64,000 nt of DNA from Podarcis tiliguerta. Its lineage: Eukaryota. The stretch lies in the NCBI GenBank assembly GCA_965153285.1, contig OZ229115.1; one strand, 5' to 3'. A model generated the notes under the pieces. The model was given only the letters and a program-made list of their open reading frames with translations. It had not been told where the DNA came from and ran no database searches. Positions 47,911 to 60,424 of the stretch are shown in pieces. A program made the translations under genes and the position numbers. Position 1 is the stretch's first letter. Each line of letters starts with the position of its first letter.

Positions 47911-50900
47911 ATGGCTCTTAGCTCTAATCAATCACTGCCCTTCTGTTATAAGCTACATGTGAAATTGAAACGGACTTCCACATTTCAGGGGGTATGAAAA
48001 TTGTTTGTGTGTACACCCCAATTTGTTCTGCCTCTACTAGTATGTGCGACATAGCTGTGTCAGTAACATGGCCTACAGCTTTTTAAAAAAGTTGTTTTAG
48101 CACTAACTTGGGGAGAGAAACTCAGCACAGAAAAACAACAATTTTATTATTTACACCCCACCCATCTGGCTGGTACAGTGAAGTAAATGTTAAAATTTTC
48201 ACTAAAATTCTTAATTTCATTTTAGCACTGTTTCACAAATATTGCAATGATTTTAAAAACGAAGCTGAAAAGGTATTTTAGAGCAGTTTTAAAAAAGGAA
48301 GGTGATACAATTATGTTGGCAAGAAAGTTAAAGTGTGCTGAAAGAGGTGAGTAGCACACAGCCACCCCTCTCTAAAATAGATGGAAGAATAGTGCTGAGG
48401 CAATCAACACCTGTGGAGATTGTGCTCCTATTCTGTACATCCCCAAAATTCAAATTTTCTGTGGTAAAAAAAAAAAGGGATGGAAGAACCTTAAGGAAAG
48501 AACCACTGTTTAATTACAGTGTCATGTAAAAGTCCTATAAAAGGTGAATGACCAATGTGTTGGTATTGCAGAGTAAATATCCAGTGGGGAAGAGATGAGT
48601 AATTTGTGTAGCTACTAATAAGTAATACTCTGACAAACACTAAATGAGATGGTAAACAGGTGCCAGTAAATTCTGATCTGCCGTCTACCAAGCAGATCTA
48701 AAGATTCTTAACAAGATCGCCTGATAATTATCAAGAGAAATATATTCTGTTAATGCCAACCAGATTAATTCCTCCCAGGAGCTGGGGGAACTGAACAGAC
48801 TGGTCTAAATTGTGATTTTTTTATCTTTGATTCATATTTGATTGATTGAGTGATTGAATGATGGAGTAACTGATGCCATTAAAAAAATTGCATTATTTTT
48901 CTTCCATTGAAGATGTTGACTTCCCTTCTGTTCCTGCAAATAACTTCTATTTTTAACATGAATTGCTCTGGAATTTTGACATTGGTGCTTATTCTCACAA
49001 GTAATTCGGATCTATTTTCCTTCTGTTTTTAATTAAGGTTCAAGTTGATAACTACCTGTTATGGGCAAGAGTTAAGTCAAAGCTATGCTAGTGGTCTTCA
49101 CAAGTTAGATGTATTATATAATATGTACCTAATGCAGCTGTATGAACCTTCCTTCCTTCAAGTAAAACTATAATGCAGTTTTAATGTTAGCAACCACCAA
49201 CAAGAATAGCAGCTCTAACTTTAAAGCCATTCTTAATATTCTTGCTTGACTTGTGTTTTGTACATATTTGGCCTGCTATATGCCTCCTTTGCTAGGCAGA
49301 GGCCTTACAGATTTCATTCCCAGCAGTGCTGGAAATTCATGGGTGGTTGAGTTAAACCTGAGACTGCATCCTACTTTACCTTGTGTTTCCCTCCCCACTG
49401 TTGTCTCCCTTAATTCTTTTATGTGGTTTTGGTCCCACCTGATTCTTGCTTGCTGGATCGCTGCCCCTCTATCTCAAGGCTCAGTTAACTTTCCTCCTGC
49501 AGCACAGGTTAAGCCTGTGCTAAGGGATTCTCCGGCACACCCTGCTTGCCTTGCTCTGTTGCCGACAGCTTTTTTCATTATTTATTTAATGTCTTGTACC
49601 GTAAATAATGGTGACTTTATGGTTATTAGGAACGGGTTAAGGTACATGCGGGCAGCACCAGGCTGCCTTCAAAAGGAGCAGCCCCGGCATAAAATGTTGT
49701 GATAATTGCTTTACTGCTGAGTGCTTGGTCTTTATTTTGTGTCCGATTTGTCTCTTAAGCCAGCGTAACATTCTCCCCGCTGCAGGAGAATGCCGAGAGC
49801 AAATTGAAGGTCTGAGCGTGAACAATGCAACATGGTGCACTGCTGGGTTTTTCTTTTCCCTTTCTTCGTTCCTCTGCCGACCACCCCAGTCCCCCTCCCC
49901 TTCTAGCTCTCAGCCTCTTTGCAATTATTACACCTCCCCAACCTCTCCACACCATCTGAACTTAAGAGATACCATTGGTTCATCTGGCCCCAGCATTCAG
50001 CCCCCTTGAATGACCTATCCTGGATGCCTCAAAGGAAAATTTAGTAGAAGCCATAGAGTTGTTCTTTAATAATTCGCTGTCTATAAGTTAACCTCATTTC
50101 TAGCAACTAGAAGTTTGGGGACCACTAGAGCATGAGGTTGAATCCCTACGCCACCTACTCACCCATGTGGCTGTTAGCTGCTAATGAGCTGTTTGGTGCC
50201 CCCACATGCTCTACCTCAAGGGCAATGGAAAACAAAGGTATGCAGGTGGTGGAGGTAAGGGGCAGTGCCTGTTTGAAGGAAAAACAAAATAAAGGATGAA
50301 CAATTAGCGGAAGTTTTCTGTCGTCCCCCAGGATCTCCCAAATCTTGTCATCACCAGATTGTTTTTAGATTTTTACTGACCTTGTACCACTGTAGGCTGG
50401 CAAACCACTGCAAAATAAATGTTTAAAATGTTTTTATGTGCCCAAAACTATTTCAAGGTATCCTCCCAAAACTGGTTTATTCTTTTTTCCTCATTGCAAG
50501 AGCGTCTGCTGCACTTAAAACGCTTCATCTGTAACATTTACTATACATTCGCTGCTGAAGAGATCTGATCTCTTCCCAAGTTAGTAGCCAAAATGCTGAG
50601 CTCCTGGTTAGATAGGAGGTCTTGGCAGTTTAGAATCTAGTGCCTGTTAAGGCTCTCCAAGCTCAGGTCCAAGTGGCAATTTCATATTTATGTTTGGAGA
50701 CACAGTGGCAAGAGGTGCTCTAACATACTTACACTCTTTTTTAGATCATGTAGCCAGACAGGGGAAGCCCAGGGAAGGTGGAATTCAGTTTCCCTCTTCC
50801 CTCTTTGAATAGACAACACCATGGCATTTGGAACATTTTCATTATGAAGAATACTGTTTTTGCAGCGAAGGGGGATTATTGACAGTGTCGATTCAGCTGG

Positions 50901-53473
50901 GCGTTAAAGCTGAAATTTCTTGATCATGGGCTCAATAAGGAACTTCGCTGATTCACTGCTACTGCTTTATCTCTCCCATATTTCAACTTATTCTTTGCAT
51001 TATAGTGGTGTAAAAAAAAGTTTCTGACAGCTGTCAGGCCTCCCTTGTTAAATCTTGACAATGGATCTGATGGCAGATAATGAGTCTGTTTAATAATGGT
51101 ATTACATTAGACCATTTCTGAGTTTGCTAATATAAATAGGCCATTTGCAAATGGCCATGTAAGTAGGGCTTACAAGTTCTATATTCATGTTTCCCATCAA
51201 AAATTTCTTATGGTTCTTTTCTGTTTCTTAGAAGAGTTGGGCCAAGCCCCCATGAGTTTCCAGATAGATAATATCAATATGACATTGAGGGTGTCTACTC
51301 GATATGGCAGAAGGCAGGTAAACAATGCTAGGATGTTTAGAAAAGGCAGTCATGAGCTTCAGCCAACCTTTCTGCTCTTACTGTCTTTTTAAATGTCTCC
51401 TGAGTTTTCAGGCATTCCTGTTCTGTTCATTAGTCCCAAGCTTTGTTCTCTAATATAGGAATTAGGCAGATTAATAAGAAGAAATCTTTGAGGTTTGGAT
51501 CATGTTGGGTTTGTGAGAGCTTTGTGTAATGCCAAGGGTGAGTAGACTGAGAAGTTCATTTTTGTGTGTGAAAGAGCCAGCTCTTCAACTTATTGGGATG
51601 CAACATTTTGCAGAGAAGAGGGCAGAGTTTTTAGTTTCCCAGTATCTCTAGATGTGAACTCAATTAGCAAAGTACTCAGCTGGTGGAAGTAGGATTGCTT
51701 CTCCCAGTTCCTTGGGACTGTGAGGGCTTCAGCCAGAGAATGCTAACTATCTATCTTGGCTGGAGTCTGTAGGCTGCAGTCTTGGCAAGGGGCGAATGAG
51801 TGTTTGAAATCAGATTCAGATAAGCCTGCTTCATCAAGAAAAGGGGGCTGCTAATTGATAAAGAAAAGGGCATAAATGAAAATATGAATGTGAGCAGCCT
51901 GGGAGGATTTGTTGTTGGATATTGAATAGCTTCAAAATCTTTTACAGTTGGTGTCTCGTTCGAGTAATCCGTTTAAGAGGATGCTCTCTTTGGCTAACAA
52001 ATGTGGGTACTGAGGGAGAGAAAGCAGTAGGGATAGTGGGGGAAGGCAGGAGAGAGTGTCTGCTATAGGCAGTCCTGAGATTGGGGTGGCCCTGAAGAAA
52101 TAGTGGCTTTAAAATAAATAAATAAAGGCAAGAAGCTTCCCAACTCCATTATGGGCCTGTAACCGGCCACCAAAGTCAGCAGCAAAATGGCTAGCGCTTC
52201 AGCCTCTTCAGGCTTAATGTGTCCTGTTTTCTGACCCTGAAACATTCCCTTTATGAAAGGATCAAGTTGGGAGCATTGTCCCAGTGCCTTGAAAAGAGCG
52301 GCACAGAATGTGCTTTTGTGTTAACTTGCCTTTTTTTTCATTTTCTGAGCTACTGCCTGCTGTGCTCCCCCCCACCTTTTTAAAGGCGACTAGGCAGAAG
52401 GGGGACGGGACGGGAAAGAGAGGCTGGGAAGGACAGTGATACAGACAGAGACTGTCTTGATGAACCATCTGTGCTGGGGTGTAGTCCAGTGGAGCTGAAA
52501 AATTAAACAGCATTTTCAATTAACTTTCTGTCCCTCTTTCTCCAGTGCCTTTTCTCTTCCCTTCCCCCTTCCTGGTTTTCTATGGAAGTTTTTATTTTAA
52601 CCCTTTGAAAGCTGTTGCAGGAGTGGGAAGATGTTTGCTTTTAGGGCAGGTCCTCTGGGAGTAAATCCATGAATTGCTAGGCAGTGTCAGATGGTTGTAC
52701 TCCATTAACTCCATTCCCCGTTTCTTACAGAAGTATTACGCAGCCCCTCCACTTTTGCAGAGGCTATAAGGCCCGTACCTATTCTTTGTTTTCGTATAGG
52801 CTCAAACCTTAAGGTTACTCTTTTTGAGCCATCCCATTATCGAGACCTGTTCACACTTGGGTTGCTGTAACTGTCACAAACTTGTCCTTGTTTATTGTTA
52901 CAGGGAATTGTGCTTCTTTTTTTCTAAACTTACACACAGTCATGTTGTATATAAGTATTTTCTGTTTTCCATTTTTAGACCTGTTACACACTGAGGCAGA
53001 CCAAATGACTGCTACTAGTGCCTCCTCAGTGATATAGTACAAATGGGAGTGTGGCCCAGGAGTCCATTAGAATTAGGTGAGATGGATAGTGAGGGTTAAT
53101 TTGCTCCCCATTATTGAGGTGTGAATAGCTAAGGATTAAGTATCAATTGCCCCTGAGTGGCGGTGTTCACACTTCAGCTAATGAGCTACTGTGCAAGCTG
53201 CACATCTCACATGAATAAGTAGTAGGGTTACAGTGCCAGTTGGAGGGCACTGCTGGTCATTTTGCCACCACCTCAGGGATTGACCCCAAACTCAATACTG
53301 GAATTTCAGCAGCAATTGGTGCTGCTACACTCATTTTCCTCCTTCCTTTTCTCCTGGCTGTATAGCTGTCTCACACAAGGAATTTATGTGTTTCTGGCTA
53401 GGCTGGCAATGGTAATGTTTGAGGGTTGCCATTATGGCCCAGGGTGACCTCGACTGGCATGTCCTTGTGTTTA

Positions 53474-53835
53474 AAGGTAAAGGTACCCCTGCCCGTACAG
53501 GCCAGTCGTGTCCGACTCTAGGGTTGTGCGCCCATCTCACTTAAGAGGCCGGGGGCCAGCACTGTCCGGAGACACGTCCGGGTCACGTGGCCAGCGTGAC
53601 AAAGCTGCTCTGGCGAGCCAGCACCAGCGCAGCACACGGAAATGCCATTTACCTTCCCACTATAAAGCGGTACCTATTTATCTACTTGCACTTAAGGGTG
53701 CTTTCGAACTGCTAGGTGGGCAGGAGCTGGGACTGAAAGACGGGAGCTCACCCCGCCGCGGGGATTCGAACCGCTGACCATGCGATTGGCAAGCCCTAGG
53801 CACTGAGGTTTTACCCACAGCGCCACCCGCGTCCC
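53474..53835 (-). mobile_element. Full-length Sauria SINE (Squam1 type), young
   Basis: Minus strand starts gggacgcgggtggcgctgtgg (A box), has ggttcgaatcc (B box), retains many CpGs and ends in an (ACCTTT) tail; perfect 13-bp TSD gtccttgtgttta at 53461-53473 and 53838-53850. Confidence 0.93.
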
Positions 53836-53850
53836 AGGTCCTTGTGTTTA

Positions 53851-54110
53851 GGTAAGGTAAATAAATAAATAAGGTAGATAAATAGGTACCACTGCGGCAG
53901 GAAGGTAAACGACGTTTCTGTGCACTCTGTTTCCATCACAGTGTTCTGTTGCACCAGAAACGGTTTAGTCAAGCTGGCCACATGACCTGGAAAGCTGTCT
54001 GTGGGCAAACACTGGCGCCCTCAGCTTGAAGTGAGATGAGCACCGCATCCCAATAATCACCTTTGACTAGACTTAGCCGTCGAGGGGTCCTTTACCTTTT
54101 TACCTTTACC
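53851..54110 (+). mobile_element. 5'-truncated Sauria SINE, older/different subfamily
   Basis: gtagataaataggtacc...ggaaggtaaac...gctggccacatgacctggaa...gagatgagc... followed by tail cctttacctttttacctttacc. Confidence 0.85.
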
Positions 54111-54539
54111 TGTGTTTAATTTTTTAATTTTTTTGTTATGATTACTTTCAAGGGAAGATGACTAAAACAGCATGTCTCTGTCCTAGAGTTGGATGCCACT
54201 TTAGCCGCAGTGGTGCAGATGTCTCTGTACGACTTAGCTAAATCATGCTAGTCGTCATGTAAACATACTCATTTATAAAATGCTTCTCTCATTGCATCTG
54301 AGATTGGTGATTCTTCTTAAGCTCCCTGTCATTGTGTGTCTTGTACTTTGTTGAGCCAGAGATAGCAAAAGTTGTGGACATTCATTCCTAGGTTATCCTA
54401 AAATAGCTTCTGTAGGGTTTAAATCCAGCTTTGAGAATAGCAAATCCCTGTAGGCAAAACTGTGTGTGTAGCTCAGCACCTCATTTTGGCTTGCATTTCC
54501 TTTGCTTTGTTTGATTCTTGTCCGCTGAAAGTCTGCCCT

Positions 54540-54805
54540 CTCAGCATCCATCCCCTTTCCCAGGTCATTAATAAGTGTATTAAAGAGTATGGTGCTCAGG
54601 GGCTCTCCACAGTTAATCTTCTGCCTGGACCAAAAGTGGCCGTTCATTCCCACTCCCAGCTCCTCTCTTTCTTAGGCACTTTCTGACCCGTGACAATACT
54701 TTGCCTCCCACCCTACATTAGCTTCGTTTCTTTAGTAGCCTTCTCGTCAAAGGCTTTTTGAAAACTCTATATAAATTATGTTAGCTAGTTCTCCTCTATC
54801 TGCTC
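54540..54805 (-). mobile_element. CR1 reverse-transcriptase fragment, degenerate
   Basis: Minus-strand NGHFWSRQKINCGEPLSTILFNTLINDL resembles NG..S.W..V.SGVPQGS.LGP.LFN.FINDL; upstream sequence resembles the DFxKAFD region. Confidence 0.65.
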
Positions 54806-55292
54806 TTTGGCCTACAGACTGATACAATACCAGAAGATAAAGACAGAGTCTATTGTCTTTTGCAGATGCTGTGCTGGTTTTGTTAGCATCCTAATTGTGA
54901 TTGTCATCAGGATTTATAATTCTTTAATTTTCGAAGTCAATCTACCTGTCACTCAAGGGTGTGTAGCAGCTCAAGGTTCCCATGATTCTACCTGCTTTAT
55001 TTTTCAAAACAGAGTTGAAAATTGCTAGACTTGGGCCTCATGGCAGATTTTATGGAGTGGTGTGATGTTTTTATTAGTAGGTGAGCCTTCCCAATGGACT
55101 TTTTGAACATGATTCATAAATCAGCCCTTTTTTAAATGGGTTAATAAGGTGAAAGTAAATTGGCTACATTTTGGTTTTCTTCCTTGAGTCAGGGACCTGA
55201 CTTTTAGCAATACTCTTTCAAATGGGATGTATATGCATGGTGGAAGTGGCGGTAGAATAGAATCATAGAGTTGGAAGGGACCATTAGTTCAT

Positions 55293-55358
55293 TATAATAA
55301 TATAATATAATATAATATAATATAATATAATATAATATAATTAATATAATATAATATA
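55293..55358. repeat. (ATAAT)n pentanucleotide microsatellite next to a short CR1/Squam2-type tail (55255-55290, minus)
   Basis: Read directly; tail agaatcatagagttggaagggacc. Confidence 0.9.
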
Positions 55359-55537
55359 AGGATTGTGTGACATTATTATTTTTCTACCTTTCACTCATTT
55401 TAGAATGGTGTTCAAAGGTAGTTCAAATAGAGCAAGCAGCATTCTTAGGCTGATGTTCTATACTTGCTTACCTGAGAGAAAGCTCAGTTGAAGTTAATGG
55501 GAGTTATGTCAGAGTAGACATGTCTGGGATTGCTCTA

Positions 55538-55690
55538 CATAGAATCATAATGGTAGAGTTGGAAAGGACCCTGAGAGACATATATCCCAACCCACTGCAA
55601 TGCAGGAATCCTACCCACAGCTGTCCCTGTCAGTGGGTCTAGCTGTTAAACCACCAACCTTTTGGTTAACAGCTGGACCCACTGTGCCAC
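55538..55690 (-). mobile_element. tRNA-derived SINE with CR1-type tail (Squam2-like)
   Basis: Similar to 20359-20475: gagttggaaaggaccct...ctgcaatgcaggaat...cagctgtccc. Confidence 0.65.
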
Positions 55691-56026
55691 AAAATTGCAT
55701 GACTAATTTAAGTGTTTTGTGAAAATACTCTGTAAGACAGTTCTTTGTCATATCCCTCAGAATCATGTTCATTTCTTAATTAACAAGAAAGTAAATGAGT
55801 AGCATCAAATTTGTAGCATACTTTGACAATGATGTCACTAAGTCAAAATGGATTTAAAACCAAGTTGCAGATTATACAAATAAAATGTTTAATATAGAAA
55901 AAAATAAAATTCATTTCATATGTAACAGATATCTCGAAATACTGCATTTTGCTTCCATGTCTTCTTTTGCACCTAGGTCAGCCAGCCAAATGGAGAACTA
56001 CTGAAACAGTCATGGTCTTTCTCCAA

Positions 56027-56077
<51 letters not shown>
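56027..56077. repeat. Compound (AC)n(AG)n microsatellite
   Basis: Read directly. Confidence 0.95.
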
Positions 56078-56079
<2 letters not shown>

Positions 56080-58069
56080 CTGCTGAAACAACAAAGGAAA
56101 TGTGTCTTCAGCACACTTGTTACTCTCTTTTCCACATACAGTCCCTTTGAATCCAGGCCCTCCCAGCAGCTTGTTACAAAAACCTGTCATTATCTCCTGT
56201 AACACCATGTAACCAGTGCTGTCCCAAGACACTTAAGCACCTGAGGTGGAAAATTCAAATGGTCACACACTGACACTGTGATAAAGCAAAACAAAACCCA
56301 ACCAACTCCAGCCAAGCAATTTGCTACCTGTCAGTGGCTCCCAAAATCTGTATCACAAGGTTACTATTTTGGTCTACCTCATGGTAGAGCTAATATCGGT
56401 TTAATTGGAAAGAGTGTCTTGTGTTTTCTCATAGGAGACCTTGCACCCTGATCCTGAGCATGTAAATTCCAAACTGACGGCTGATTGGGCCCAAGTAAAG
56501 GCAGGAGGCCATTGCCTTCTGTGACACTTTTCAGACCTGCTATTGCAAATGTGAAATGTGTGGGAGAGAAACCGGCAGCCAAAAAAACTCCAGGCTCAAT
56601 CTCTCAGCTGGGCAGGGTTAAGAGGGTAACAAAGTCTATGTCCGCAGAGAAGGCAGGCTGGTGTGCTAACCATTGGAGCGCTGTGACTGGTTGAATCACC
56701 ACCCTCACAATGGGTCAGGCTACAGTTACTATGGACTGCTGCTGGCATGACAAAGATGGGGGAGTTAGAGGAGGCGTGGGGAGGGAAAGTCCTCACTGAA
56801 TTGCTTAAAGGCATTCTTGATTTGATTTAAACAAAAACAAAACACTAGCAGGCTGGGTGGGTGGGTGGTTGGCAGGCAGGGACCTCCCCTCCCTTCCCCC
56901 TCTCTCACACTCTGGTGGGGAGCTTTCATTCTGCTAGGTCAGCCCTTCGTCAGTGGGAGCCAAAGTGTCTGTCATGTTCTGGCTTCCTTTCTCTCCATGA
57001 AAGGGTGGGCGAGACCTTTGCATTCAAAGCAGTAGCGGTTCTGGGAGGTCCCTTTCCTCTCTGGGTATGGGGGGCGGGGTGGAGAGGAGGACAACAGTGG
57101 CACTGATGTGCAGAGGCTGATCCCACTTCCTTCAGAAGGGGCGCAAGAGATCAGCAAGTTGGTTTTTAGACCGGGCCGGGAAATGAATTCTCATCTGTCC
57201 TGCTCACTTAGTCATTTTTGTCTCCAGGGCATCCCCTTAACAAAGCATTGCATTAACTATAGTATCTGATAGAGAATCCACTTCCAGGGCTGTATTAGAA
57301 TTGATGGATTGGGGCCTTTGTCCCATGTGACTGTCAGGTGTTCTACCCCAGCCCAATCACTCTCATTTTCCTTGCTGTCAATCTAGCTTTAAAGCTACAG
57401 TCCCAAGTGATTCAGATGTAGACCAGATCCGCCACAAAAATATCCTTCCCTTCCCTGACGGTTTGGCAGACAGGTTGTGATGCTGCTGCAGGAAATGCTC
57501 TCTGTTGCTCCAGACTTCTTCCTACTTCCTATATTTTTAGATTTGCACCTATATTGTTGTTTTGGTAAAGTGTACCCTTAAAATACGTAAAGTGTGAATG
57601 GGACAAACAGATGCTTGAAAAATAGACCTGTCATGTAGATAGACTCATCAGAGCTGAGATTGACTTTGGCTCCCTACTGAGTGTATGCTCTGTGGCAAAT
57701 CTAGGTTTTTGCACTATAATGGGATTTGGTTTAGCCACTTCCACATCTTTTTTTGTAACCTACAATACGTTGGGAAGAATGAGAGTTAACTGTACCTTTA
57801 GTAAGTGGTGTGGCATAAACCATCTTGTAACCAGGCCAGACATGGTCAAATATACAGAGTTGTCATTGCCTCAGACTTCAGGAAAAATAGCACCCATCCT
57901 CTCCATATTTGCTGCTCATTTTCCCTGTAATATAATGTCATGTGGCCAGGAGTCCAGTTGCAACAGAAGAACCAGTTGTACTTGGGAAGCCTTGCATCTT
58001 TGGCCTTTTGAAGTTCTCTGTGTGGGTTTGACTATTGCTCAGTACTTCTTAAACAGTCACCTCTGATGA

Positions 58070-58380
58070 CATTTATTTACAACATTTATTTACCAACCCA
58101 TATCAATTTGATACAGGCACCAGTTTAGAATTATATTTAAGCACAATAAGAAATAAATACATCCATTAAAGCTGTAATAACATAGTAGGATACAAAATCT
58201 GCCAACACCTCTAAAAAGCCTGTCTAAACAAGCAATCAAAGTCTTAACCTGGGTCCCAAATGCTAAAAAAAGAATATGCTCATGGAGAGAGAATTCCACA
58301 ACTGGAATGCCACCCCTAACCACCCCCCAAATGCCCAGTCTTTTGTTGTCACTGCCTTTCTCGTGCTGACGGGCACCCAG
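58070..58380 (-). mobile_element. L2-like LINE 3' end, degenerate
   Basis: Minus strand gives VAFQLWNSL and FGTQVKTL segments (WNSLP...F...KT.LF motif with frameshift) and a (TAAA)n-like tail. Confidence 0.55.
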
Positions 58381-60298
58381 AGAAGGACACAAATAGGATG
58401 TACACATACAGTATTAGGACTCAAGCAGAATGCTGGAAAAGAATCATGTCCCATACTGTTAGACGTGGTGCTAGGGTTGCTCTAGGAATGTCTTAGCTTA
58501 GGACTGGAGGGGTGATACTGGAATACAAAATCATGGATTAGAAAGTAATCAAAAGGTCACCCAGTCAAACGTTCCTTTCCTGTAGTAACCTACATTCACA
58601 ATTTCTTGTCACTCCAACTACCACAGAAATTAATTAAATTTTACAGTTTGTAGTGTTATGCAAACAGAGACCAGGACAAAACAAGATGCATTGTGACATG
58701 TGCATGCACATGGTTCGAGTAAGTGAGTCAAGCTATACAATGCTAGGGCTGTCAAGGTAGACACAGGCAGTTTGCTGTGGTGGGCAGGCTCTGGCAGGTG
58801 CTCTCATTTACTTATCATGATTCCATAGTCTGTAGATAGAGGGGGCAAACAAGAAATGGCAGGATAGCAAGTATTCTTTATGGAAAAGATGGCAGAAAGC
58901 TGGGTAAAAAGAAACTCTCCTCCTTTCTACCAACACTCTGGCAGCTAGGTATCTCTGGATCCTTACACAGGATGGCAGAATTCCTCTTCTAAGATTATAG
59001 GTAATTCAACTTTGGTCTGTCTGGCAACCTCATAGTTAAAAATGTTGCCCATTGCTTTCTCTCCTTTTCTCCCTCTTCTTTCCTTTTTCTCCCCCTCCTC
59101 TCCTTCTTTCCTTTTCAGAGTTGACAGGGGCAAAATAAAGACACTTAAAAAAAAAAACAATTTTGTTCCTTCTGGGAGTGATGGAGCGAGAGTGAACAAA
59201 GATTATAGCTCTGTGTGCTAGAGACCTTCGTAATGGGGGGAGCGGCAGTGACATAATGGCAACCTAATGGCAGTAATTGCCCCTGGTTTTGACAGGGCCT
59301 ATATCACGGCTCAAGGAAAAAAGAGATGTTTAAAGTAAAAATTTACACAAAATTATACGGTTTGGGGGGTGAAAACGGCTGTTTGTTTTTTTACCATTCT
59401 GTGTTGGGGGATTTTATCTCCCCCTGTCCTTTTCTCTGGGGATGTTTCTTGGGCCCATGTTTGTTGTCCCTGTTTTGTACATGTGTATTTATATCCATCA
59501 CTTAATCTACACAAACAGTTGATCTCCTCTGAATTGTACAAGTTGTTGTTGCCACTGCTGGGAATGGCACTTTAATGTGCCTGCAAAAATACCACCTGTA
59601 GAGCTTTCCTTGGGATTGGTGGTGGAAACATGAGGTGTGGGCTAAGCCTTCTTGGTCCTGGCCAGAACAGCAATAGCAGAAGTTTGAAATGGAAGTTAAG
59701 CTTCATATTGATTTGCAGCCTTGATAGCTTAAGTGACTCTACTCTGTAAAGAGGACAACTGGGCTGAAATATGTGTTTCAGGCTCTGCCCACATAAATAG
59801 GTTGTTGTGTTGTGCAAATAGGCTTATGGCAGATGGCACTCAGGCAAATTACTCATCACTGGAGCCGTGCAATTTTTGAACACTGCTTTGGTCCCACCCA
59901 CACTTGCAGATGAGGATTGTAGTGCACCTGGTTTCCCCACTTTCCGTGTGTTTTGTCACTGTGATGAGTCCTATTAATTTTTTCAGCTTCGGTTACTTCC
60001 AAGTGGAAGTTCATTGTGCAAACTCAACAGCATGTGCATGCAAGTGTCATGCAGGGTCTATATCAAATCATCATCAAAATGCCAGCCCATACTTTCGTTA
60101 CATTTAATTCAGATTTTCCCATATCGCAGAAAATTGGCTAAGTAAAAGATAACCAGTTATACACCTGCAGTCATCATTGGTGTGGAATTTTGGGCAAAAA
60201 TCGCATTATTTTGGGCAGGCAATATTGTCATGTTTGTATGGTGATGTTTTGGTGGGTGTTTTCTATCGCCACTTCTGCTTGTCCCTAACCTGAGCACA

Positions 60299-60354
<56 letters not shown>
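60299..60354. repeat. Compound (AC)n(AT)n microsatellite
   Basis: Read directly. Confidence 0.95.
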
Positions 60355-60356
<2 letters not shown>

Positions 60357-60424
60357 CCCGATCAGGAGTTCTCACTTCCAGTGTGTTGTGCTCTGCATTG
60401 TGGCAAGGCAAGGCCCAACCATGG

